DNA of 63,744 nucleotides, counting the filler, from Reticulomyxa filosa (taxonomy: Eukaryota; Protista; Foraminifera): assembly GCA_000512085.1 (NCBI GenBank). It is 18 parts of 18 records of this genome, joined end to end, with 100 filler letters (N's around TTAATTAATTAA, not from the genome) between each part and the next. Parts side by side here need not be neighbours in the genome. Positions count along the whole stretch, not along the records: positions 37,601 to 49,027 come from ASPP01025357.1; positions 49,128 to 54,223 come from ASPP01013378.1; 16 more parts are not named here. One strand, 5' to 3'. This document shows positions 38,837-51,403 of the stretch, piece by piece. Each line of letters opens with the position of its first letter. Within the stretch, counting starts at the first letter, position 1. The notes below the pieces were generated by a model. That model searched no databases. It saw only the letters and a program-made list of their open reading frames with translations, and had not been told where the DNA came from. The position numbers and the translations under genes are program-made.

Positions 38837-40937
38837 ATGAACATTCATACGTATAAGATAGGGCAGTGGTTTGTTGGCGAAACATTGGGAAAAGGTGGCT
38901 TTTCATGGTATGAGAACTAACGGCAAAAAAAATGTATTATAATTATGTTTTTTCTTGGGAAAAAAAAAAAGGGTAAAAAAAGGCTATGATTCCAAAAGCG
39001 ATAAAATCGTGGCTTTGAAATTTGTGCGTCGACACAAACAACCTGGCCAAGAGGGGCATGATCAAGTTTTTTTTATCTACTTTGTTCTAAGTCCGACATC
39101 TTGTTTGCGCGACGTACATAATAAGAAAAAAACAAAAAACAAAAAAAGGAATTGCAACAGGTAAAAGTAGAAATTGAAGCGTTGAAGCAAATAAGACATG
39201 AAATGTGCTTCGTTTGATCGCATATAATTTGCAAAGCAAGGATTTTTGCAAAGTTTAGTGTGCACTTGCAGCTGCAAGAAAATGTGAGAAAAAAAACAAC
39301 AAATAATATAAACATAGAACAGCAAAACACCGTCGGGATCACTATTGGTGTTAGAACACATGCCAGGCGGACAGTTAGCAGATATTTTTTTTTATTCAGC
39401 GAAAATATCTGAAATTGTTGCGCGTACATACTTTCGGCAATTGATTGAAGGGGTTGAGGCTTGTCATCGGGCAATGGTCATTCATCGCGATATCAAACTC
39501 CAAAATCTGCTATTAGACAAGCATTTTTCCTTAAAAGTCTATTTTGTTTTCATTTATTTGTTTCCATTTTTTTAAAAAAAAAAGAAATTGTTGCATTTTT
39601 AATCGAAAGATAACCGACTTTGGACTAGCAAAAATAATCAAGTCTGATAGAGATGTGCTAATGAATACATGCCATATCGGGACCAAAGGGAGCCAAGCGC
39701 CGGAGTTGCTACTTCAACAGACCTATACTGCCAGCTGCGATGTTTTTTCGATTGGAGTTGTCCTATTTATTTTATTGACTGGAAGTTGAGCAAAAAAAAA
39801 AATTATCATAGTTGTATCTTGTTTTGAAAAAACAAAACATAAAAAAAAGCCAAATAGCAATAACATGTGTTTTCCAAGGACCTCCATTTGAGCAAGCCTT
39901 AATCACAGATCCGTTATATGCCTTTATTGTCAAAGGGCAATACAAAGAGTTTTGGTTAGCCCATCAAATCCGTTACTTAAGTATTGAAGCAATGGATGTG
40001 ATCACACGTATGCTTTGCTTCAACTCAGACAAACGCGTCAATTTGGCCAAGATAAAACAGCATCCGTGGTACAAGAGCGAAATCCTTCAGTTTTGAAGAT
40101 AATATAAAAAAATGAGATAAAATGCAAATAAAATATTTATACACGTGTATATAAATATATTTTTGAAAAAAAATCAAATTAAAAAAAAAAAAAAAAGGAA
40201 AGAAGAGTTGTATAAAGTGCTTCGGTTAAGGCACACCCAAATGGAATGGAAGCGATATCACAATCCAATAAAATTAGACATGCGTAGTGAATTTGTGTTG
40301 GAAAAGTTTGTCTTCCCAGAAAGTGATGCCCTTCATCCTTTGTTGCGAAAACATTTGGAATGTGAAAACAAAACGTTAATGGAAGAAGCACCTGCATCTT
40401 CAGCTGACGAATCTATTGCGATTTTAGACAGCTTCACTCAGGTCCCTGCCTTGGTTGTCTTGAACTCTTTCTTATTTGGCTGCATTCAGAAGAAAGTGCG
40501 GTTCTCGGCCAATTTTCAACAGTTTTTAGTTATGTCGTGGTGCATTCATGGCACATATACATTCTTTTTTTTTTTTTTTAGCAAAAAAGTTGCAAAAAAA
40601 AATCTCTATGGTTAAATATTAACAGGTAATAACAGAGTTTGCAATGCAAAATACCAACTCCGAAAATGCACTGAAAATTTTAATTTATGTGCGTCACTAC
40701 AAGGGATTTTCGTGTAACATAATAAAGTATTGTTGCTTAAACGGTAGTTCAACTCATTTTCGCAAAATGCTGTACTTTCTGCAAAAAAGTGCTTCACATG
40801 TGTTGACAGGATTACCAAAAAAATATGCTTCAGTTTTCACTGGGGGCGACATCGATCTGGCAAAAAAATGCTTTCATGATTTTGATGAAACTGATCAATT
40901 AGTGCTTACTATAACAAATGGAAATCATGAAACATAA
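38837..40937 (+). CDS. CAMK-group Ser/Thr protein kinase, multi-exon, with an apparent frameshift (assembly error or young pseudogene)
   Basis: GETLGKGGFSW/VKKG, VALKF, EIEALKQIRHE, HRDIKLQN, DFG, GTKGSQAPE, DVFSIGV and HPWY. One A is missing near 39203 (catgaaatgtg, where HENVLRLIAYN is expected). Confidence 0.85.
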
Positions 40938-41596
40938 AATTATTATTTTTTATTTGTCATTTTTAATTTGTTGTTATCTAATTCTTTTTATTTTTATTTT
41001 TGCTAAGTGCTTCTTTTGAATTGGTCTGATGTCCATTCTTCTCGTCTAACGACTTGTTCGGTGTATTTTTCGATTTTTCTTCCCTTTTTTCTGTCAATGA
41101 GTTGTCGTGTAGACTGATTTTGGTTGGTTTTTTTACATTTTGCACAGACAACTCCATTGATTCATCTTTCCTTGTTGGTGTAGTGTGATCGACTATTTTT
41201 TTTTCTAACGAATGTGCTATCCTTCAAATTGTGAAGTGATTTACTGAGGGCGAATTAAATCGGGTGTGTGGCTTAAATATTTTAAAAGTTGAGACCTTGT
41301 TTCCTTTCGAATAAAATTCCTTTATTGATGACTGATCGTTTTATGTCAAAAAGCTAATTTTGCTGTAAAATCTTTTCTTAGTCTCTAACGAAGACCATCG
41401 TTTTTTAAAAATAGAATCGCAAAAAGAGTGTAGCTAAACGTTCCAATGAGAGAAAAAATGTCCCAGCAATCGTGACAAGTTGTATATCGAACTAATTCAA
41501 ACCTGCTCGGCGTCAATCCCTACAAATCTCTTTTGTGAGGTTGAGCGACCGTTCTTTCATGACAACGTATAATTTTCTCCACTTTAAATTTATATA

Positions 41597-44233
41597 TTGA
41601 TTTATTTTTTAGAAGTTGGCAAATGGTTTGATAATTCTTGTATTGATATAATTATGATGCATAATCAAAAAAACCAAATCCCATACGTCCAATTACTTGA
41701 AACAAATGAACCTGTTGCTGTTGGAAGAATTAAGGATTTAATTCAATTTACCAAAAGGATTGGTAATTCAACAGAGTCATCTAGGAAAAAAGTTAGAGAA
41801 AATAAACCAAAAGAAATTGAATTAAGTAGTGATACGGAAGATAAAATTAATGAAACAAAACAAAGTGAGGAAATAATGAAAAAGAAACGAAGAAAAATCA
41901 ACCCTGATGAAGAAAGAGAAATGCAAAAAAAGAAAGGGTACCAATCAGATGACTCCCGTGAAAGGGAAAGATCAAGGTCATCATTAAGTGATTTGGATAA
42001 TGATGCGTTTCTTCCCTCTAGGTTTTCATTTGTTAACGAAACACCAGAAATTCCGGAATCTAATGTGCCAATTTCAGAACTTGTGAAATCTGGATCGCAA
42101 AGCATAAGAAAAAAGCCTGAAAGGTTAAATTTTGATATTGAGGAAAAAAAAGAAGAAAAAAATCAAAACGATGAATTAATGGATGAGGATGTGGATCGAA
42201 ATGAAATTTTGATTGATAAGGATCCAAAAACGGAAGCAATGGAATTGCATCAAAAATTTGAAGTATGAAAGAACGTATGTTCAATGTGAATTCTCCATAT
42301 AGAAAATGGTGGTTTTTTGAATTTCAAAATGATGCAAATAAAATCTTTGGAGTATTTCATCGTATTCTTGGCTTTGAAAAATTTGTATCTACAAAAACAA
42401 AAGATTCTGCAAATGTTATTGAATTAATTCATGAATCAGAAGAGGAAAGGGAAAAAATACTTTTTGAAAATATTCAGGACAGGGCTGCTAGTGCTGAAGA
42501 AAAATTATTATTATGTGATTATAGTGGTAATTTTGATCATGTAATGTTGAATCGGTATAAGTTTAACGACATACTTGAAATTAAAGACATTGCCGCTGCG
42601 GCGTCTATGTTTGAGTTTTCATCACAATTGGTTCGTGAGGAACTAAACCCCATTCAGTTTCTTCAAAATATTGCAAATATGAGGTGCATTAATGCATACT
42701 CAATTATAAATAATAGATGGGCAGATCAGAACTTAAAAAATGAATATGAAACAATAATCCAAAATGATATTATAAGTATTGAAAATTTAGAATTTAATGT
42801 TTTAGTAAATCCAATACTCATCGGTATTAGGCTTTGGTTATTAATTGTTCGTGTATTTGGAAAAGATAGTGCTTTTTATAATAATATAACGGAAACGATA
42901 TGTTTTTCTTCGAATATTTCAAATGAAATTTTGAAAAAAATAAATAACAAAATTATTAATGGAAGTGAACTCAAAGGTAATGAAGAAGTAGAAATTGATC
43001 ATAGTAAAAGAAATCATATTTTACTCTTGATGGAAAAGTTTCAGACAATACTATCATTACTTCGAAAAAATATTTGTGAAAGGGTTAATGGATTAAGAAA
43101 ACCTTGGAACGTCAACCCTTTAAAAATTCAATCTGTGTTCATATATGGAATTAGTGACGTAAAAAGAAATATAGAGATGTTTACAAATGAATATAAATGG
43201 AAAATGTACTTTATGGAATTTAAAGTGTTAATTCATGATATAATAAAAATTGGTGAAAAGATTATATCATCGTTAGAAGACATTAATGCCGAAAAGTAAT
43301 TTTTCCAAAGCTTACTAAATAATTTATATGAGGATGTATTTGATAAGGAACAAATGCAAAAAAGCATTGAAGTTGCGAGAGTTGCACAAATTCATGCTTT
43401 AAACAAAATAATTGAGAAACAACGGTATGAAGGAACGGAATTAAATGCAAAATGTATTAGATGTGGTATATTTGGGCATTCGCTTCGAGGATGTAAAGAG
43501 GCAATACCAAAAAATATACCAAAATCATTGTGTCCTGTATGTGCCGGAAATCATTTTATAAATGATTGTAAAGCAGTTACATGTGAAAAATGTGGATGAA
43601 ATCATTATATTTCAAAATGTAACAATATTGATGAACAAACGAATGAAGCTGCTCATGTAATTTTAGCAGATGAAGTTGGAAAAATCTATTATTCGCCAAT
43701 GATGCCAAAAAATTTTCGGAAAAATGATTTCTGTAAATTTGATGGTATTATGTGCCTAGCAACGGAATGTTGCGTGCAATCGAAAAGTATTGCGGAAAAA
43801 AATGGCGCAAAATGGCATGATTGCTCGGTTAAATCATGGATGGATTTTACTTCGGAAAAAATAAATAAAATAATAAAAATTATCGAATCATACATTACCA
43901 ATAGTTGAATATTTTAATTCATTGTCAAGCTGGATATCACCGAACTGGTCTTGTAATATATTGTATGACAAAATATTATGATTGGGAAATTGAGGAGTTC
44001 AATAAGACAGTTGTAAAAGCTGTTGTAAAGGAAGTCCACATGAAAAGGGGAAATAATACTATTGCAAATTATGCAACATTTCTTATGGAAGTAATGGAAG
44101 ATTCCACAGAGTTGAAATTATTAATGAGAATAAGGAAATTAAACAAGAAAAAACAAGGGAAAGTGATAATAATGAAAACATGTCTTTTTTTAGTAAAATG
44201 ATTATTGGTACATTGCTCAAAAAAGGGACTTAA
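41597..44233 (+). pseudogene. Decayed intronless Gag-like frame: charged N-terminus, helical domain, three CCHC zinc knuckles and an HCX5R cysteine phosphatase domain; probable mobile-element ORF
   Basis: ORFs 42265-43299, 43354-43599 and 43699-43908 share one frame, broken only by TAA 43297 and TGA 43597. Knuckles CIRCGIFGHSLRGC, CPVCAGNHFINDC and CEKCG*NHYISKC (43453-43620). After a frameshift comes ILIHCQAGYHRTGLVI (P-loop 43920-43949). Confidence 0.7.
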
Positions 44234-44350
44234 AGTAAAAGAGTTTTTTTTAGTTCTTTTTGTTGTTTTGTTTTGTTGTTTTGTTATCTTTTTTGTTATT
44301 GTGGTAAGCGTGTATAATCTCTGTTTTCAGAGATAAAGGAGTGATTAAGC

Positions 44351-45130
44351 TTGAGTTGTAATGATTGCCTTGTACAGTCAAAGAGTCTATTTTTGACGAG
44401 GCCAATACTGAAACTAAAAATTAGTTCAAGTAACAATCCAAGTAAGAATGATCAGGAAGACAATAAAGGAACTGATCAAAAGGAAAAAGAGCAAAAAAGC
44501 AATACCATTCCTCTTGATAGTGTAAGCGAAATATCGCAACAAAAAAATTGATACAGTCTACAAAACCATGAGGATCAAGGGAATGGTGATTATTATACAT
44601 TAACATTACATGATAATAACCGAAAAGATACAGATGAGGAAATGTAAGATGAAAATAAAAAAGTTACTCCAGAAAAAAAATTGCAATCTAGAATTAACGA
44701 TCCGTTGGAAGCAGTATCTGTTTCCAGTATTGCAATGATGAAGCCTGGGGAAATTATTTTAGATTATTGTAGAACAATATTTGAGGAAATGTTTGGTTCT
44801 GTCGAAAGAAAAATTGTGGAATATGTTTCAAAAATGCAAAAATTTTTGTGTTTTTCAAATTTTGAAACATTTAGTGAAAAAATTAAAAGAGAATCATCCA
44901 GGTGTCATGCGAACTTTAGGTCTATAGAGTCTTTTCGAAAACCGAATGTTATGACATTTTTAAATCATTTGGTCGCATGGGCAAAAAACATATACGTAAT
45001 GGAAAGTCAAATTTATAAAAATGTTGAAAACAAGTTCGATAGCGAATTTAAAATGATTTGTGACGCTGTCATAGAGAAACAAAGGATAATTGATAAAGTA
45101 ACAAAGGAAAGGGACGATGCAAGTAAGTAA
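44351..45130 (+). pseudogene. Second decayed intronless ORF downstream of the knuckle-phosphatase frame
   Basis: ORFs 44351-44551 and 44681-45130 share one frame, interrupted by two stops. Charged N-terminus followed by a helical region. No family recognised. Confidence 0.45.
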
Positions 45131-47301
45131 TTTCAAAATGAAAAAAATAATACAAATGCTGAAGCTTTTTTTTTCATTTTACTCATCATTAAATGGTTCT
45201 TAATATGTTAGTTTGTAACTGTTATAACTTTGTTCATTACCACGTACTAATCATCACTTTCTTCATTTGTAATTTTTCTAATGTCTTAGTTACTAGAAAT
45301 ATTATGTTTTAGTTATGTTTTTTGAATTTTTTCCATAGCACTAAAATATTGATCAGAAAAAACTCATTTGATACTCAAAAAACAATCTGTTAAAACAAAA
45401 ATAAATCGTACTTGACTCAATTTTGTTTGTTCATAAGTCAGTTGCACTATATGTTTAAATGTATTAAAGTCATTAAACATTTCTTAATAATATTATGTCA
45501 ATTACTTTGCAAAATTAAAAAGTATTTGACTATTTTTTTTATCTATCATTGCTTAAGCATGTTAACAATAATAAACAAAACAAATCAATGTGTTGATCAT
45601 TATTTATTTTCAATTTTCATTTTTTTAAATTTAATCTTATGTATCCTCAATTTTGCTTTTCTTAATCATGTAATTATTTCATAAATAAACAATATTGATT
45701 TCAAGGATTCGGCAAATTAGTTTTACCTGAATCCTGAGTTTTATTTTCTTCATAAAACTATTTAAAATGAAATGCTTTTATGGATCTTTGTACAAATGTT
45801 ATTACTACAACTGGTATAACTTAATTTAGATATGATCAATTTTATTCATTAGAAAAATAAATTTTTTAATTTAAAAATATATGCAAATTTTGTAATTTTC
45901 AAATTTAATTTAGTTTTTCATTAAAACTATAACAATTGTTTTAAAAATTAAATTTTTAAAAATTTTTGCTAAAAAATTTGATAAACAAAAGCATATTGGT
46001 TAAATTTTATTTACATTTAATTAAAGTATTTTTCAGTACAATTCAATGAACTGAATTGAAAGCATCAAATAAATTCGTAATATCGTTAACTCAAATAAAA
46101 TGTTCATTTGGGAAATATTCGATTACAAAAAAATTCTGGCAGTCAATGAACAAAGATGCAAATGCACTAATGATTATTGGATGTGATTTTGCAAAAAACA
46201 AACAAAAAATTTTTACTTATTTTTCTTAAAAAAAAATAAGTAATAAAATACAGAGGCCAGATCATATTAATGATGTTAGCAAAAAGTGATCATTGAAAAT
46301 ACAATTTTATTTGACAATTTTATAATGCGTTCAATTGAAAACTATTTCGTGAACAAGATTAGCGCTATCGAAAAGAAATTGAAACTTTTGCTGAAAAAAA
46401 TGAAAAGTATAAGAATGAATTGGTCAATGAAACAATAAAATTAAATGAATCAAATGCAAGATTATCTACTGCTCTTCAAATGGTTTATAAAGATCATACT
46501 GATTTGCCAAAATCTTGCTAATACTAATTGAAAAAAATGGACAAGCTGTCAAAAAGAAATCTTGTCAAAATAGATTATATTATGTTAGTTAATTCTGAAG
46601 AAGACTATATCAAAATTAATTTTAATACAAAGCACTAATAAATAGAAATGTACAAACTTGGATGTGAATGAAGAACAAACACAAGTACTAAGTGAAAATG
46701 AAATCGAAATAAAAACAAATTCATAAATAACAATAAATTAATTTAAAATTCAATCTTTTTTAATTTGCAAACTATTTGAATATTTAATTACTTCAGAGTT
46801 ATTTGCACGCCAATAGAAGCATTCTAAAATTTAATTCAGAATAAGCATTTACCTTAGAACATCAATTTTAGATATCAAAGACCAAAAAAATAAATACATA
46901 TTACCTTAAAGACCAAAGTTTGCTCTAATCTAAGTAACTGAACCAGGTTTTTTTTTGTGATGAACAAGTTTTAATTTTTGTTTTTAGTTTTTTTTACGTG
47001 CTAAACAGCTTACTCTTTTTTTCGATCAATTAAAACCTTTTTTGCATTTTGGAAATATTAATTTTGATTTCTCATTTGGAAAACATACTTATTTTTTTTT
47101 TGCATAATTTGTCATAAATCGATAATTTAGAATTTTTATAATTAATTCAAATCTTATTCGTTAAAGAAGAATATGAATGGAATGCAATGCATTGATTAGT
47201 ATCAAATAATAAACAAATATGATAAAATAAATTATTCATAATTCTTAGAAAGTTTCATTAAAAAAATTTGCTAATAAATGAAATAGAACAAAAATTTTTT
47301 T

Positions 47302-48691
47302 TAACAAACATTAAATTTTTTTACAGAAAATTATTTTCTAACAATGATATTCTTTGATTGAGATTTAAATTATTTTTTTCTATTTGATCGCGTTTTGAGT
47401 TAATTTTTTCTAAAAGAACGAAGTGGTCGTTCTTTGTCTTTGATCGATCGTGTACGTCATCTTGTTGATGTTTTGTTTGTCCATTTGCTTTGTTCTCACC
47501 CTTTCTGTAAATTGACATACCAAGATGATTGCCATAATAATTAATTGATTGTGTTTCACTGCAATCAATTGAGTTAGCATCAGATTGACTGTCATTGAGT
47601 TCAATGACTGCATTTTAAACTAATGTTTCTTTTAATTCTTTTAAATGTTTTAACTCTTTTTCATTTGTGTTTTGCAATATTCTTATATTATTTTTTAATT
47701 TACTTTTTTGGTTAGTTTTCATTTTTTCTGCCATGTCACCGATTATCCAAATATTTCTCTTTGTTAGAGATAAAGGTCTATAATATCGTTGACACATGAC
47801 ATTTGTTGGAGGCCGTTTGCTCGAACTTTTTTACTCCAAGCGCTTTCAAGTATATCATGCTGTTACTTATGTTGCTTCTATTCTGTTTCTTCACAGTACT
47901 AGATCTACTTTGATTCGAGAATGCATCTAGTTGTGTTAACGTTAGTAACGATTTAATGTCTTGGACTATGTGACGTTTCTTTCCAGTGATAGACTTTACA
48001 TTTGCTCAGAATTTTCTTTGATCCCATGGACGTACATGCTGCGCAATTTGCGATAGATTATGAAATTATATCATAAGATCTCTATATTTTTTAAAAGTGT
48101 TAACTTTTTTTGTTATTATTGCATTACATTGTGGAGTGCTCCTATATTTGGCCATATTGTAATATAAATCAGTCATAAATTCTGCATCTATATTAAGATT
48201 CTTTAGATCGCTTTTTGATTTTGCTTCTTCTATTGTGGTTTGGTCGACATTTTCTGGTTCACTCATTTTCCATTGTATATAGTTTTTCCAGTCTTTCAAA
48301 AAATCGTTAAGCCCAGATTGTTCATGAGCAAAAAGTTTTATATCGCTCATATCGTCAATTTCTTGATTACCAAAGTTAGCGATTTTCTCATTTCTACTGT
48401 TTCCTCACAACAATCGTTAGCTTATGTGTTCGTCGTGCTTGTTGATCGAAGGTAGTTTTCAGCGCTTTCCGACTTTGTGCATGCTCCAATCAAGTTCTTT
48501 TTTTATTATGTTTATTTAAGCAAAAATTTTTAATACTAAACGTTAATTCACAAGGAAAAAAAAAGCAAAACATTTTTGCCATCCATTTTGGAAGATGATG
48601 AATGAGGGGCTTTCGAAAAAAAAAATTCAAATCTCAATCAAAGAATATCAGTGTTAGAAAATAGTTGTCTGTAAAAAAGTAATACTTGTTA
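47302..48691. repeat. ~65-75 bp inverted repeat pair (47302-47380 and 48615-48691)
   Basis: The reverse complement of the left arm, gaaaaaaataatttaaatctcaatcaaagaatatcattgttagaaaataattttctgtaaaaaa, matches the right arm, gaaaaaaaaaattcaaatctcaatcaaagaatatcagtgttagaaaatagttgtctgtaaaaaa, with 5 mismatches. Confidence 0.85.
47321..48350 (-). pseudogene. Decayed intronless ORF of unknown family
   Basis: ORF 48066-48350 reads on past its stop (FHNLSQIAQHVRPWDQRKF*ANVKSITGKKRHIVQDIK...), frameshifts into 47615-47797 and continues in frame through 47321-47518. Confidence 0.5.
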
Positions 48692-48847
48692 TCGAGATGA
48701 ACTCTTTGCATTTGACAATGTTTATTGATGTTTTTTGTGCAGTATTCAAGTTTCCATGTTCCTGGAAAGTTTAGAAAAAGAAAAATTTTAAAAAAGTGAT
48801 AATCCAAAATATTTTGATTTCTTTCTTAAAAACTTGAAAGTGGATTT

Positions 48848-48991
48848 TTTTTTAAATACAATAGGTTGCAAAGAAAACTGAACGCCTAAAACGATATCAT
48901 ATGATGATAATTGATTTTCTCCATGAAAAATCAACATTTATACCTAATTTTTTTTTATTTTAAAAAAAATATCTACAAACTTGTAGTTTTT
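48848..48991 (-). repeat. Inverted copy of the ~135-bp repeat unit seen at 1-263
   Basis: The reverse complement reads aaaaactacaagtttgtagatatttt...aaattaggtataaatgttgatttttcatggagaaaatcaattatc...cgttttaggcgttcagttttctttgcaacctattgtatttaaaa. Confidence 0.8.
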
Positions 48992-49127
48992 AAATATGAT
49001 ATTGGTTTTTTAATAATTTTTTTTTTTNNNNNNNNNNNNNNNNNNNNNNNNNNNNNNNNNNNNNNNNNNNNTTAATTAATTAANNNNNNNNNNNNNNNNN
49101 NNNNNNNNNNNNNNNNNNNNNNNNNNN

Positions 49128-51015
<1,888 letters not shown>

Positions 51016-51403
51016 TATTGAAGCAAGAAAAAAGAGGTCGTTTGTTGACTTTGCGTTCTTTACTTAATTTCTGAACGGTTCTTTTGCAAAGCGGTGTTAA
51101 AAATTTAAAAAATAAAATTGATTTAATTTGTTTAGTATTAATGTCTATCTTAGGAAAAACACTTTTCTAAAATCTAAATTAGTTTTTCAAAGAATGAAAA
51201 GCAAATAATTTTCACTCTTTGCACTAGAAGCAATAAGCTTCATGATAGAAATTCAAAAGTCTTCAACAAGGGCCATTTGAAACGCCAATTCAACAGTTTT
51301 ATCAAATACAAGAATTCCGCACCAGAACTGTTCAAAAAAAAAAGTATATATGGGAGCCCCACAACAATTTATTCATCATGGATTATTTGATGAATATTAC
51401 ATT

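Noticed and set aside
41597-45130. Stop-codon reassignment or a prokaryote-style coupled operon (ATGA overlap at 42265-42268, TTGA at 43905-43908)
   Set aside because: The TGA falls at a Gly-equivalent position inside a zinc knuckle, and the second overlap splits one phosphatase domain. Intact host genes here end at TAA, TAG and TGA, so decay fits better.
45130-47300. Very AT-rich region with short K/E/N-rich open stretches
   Set aside because: It may be further decayed element sequence, but no continuous frame or motif could be reconstructed by eye.
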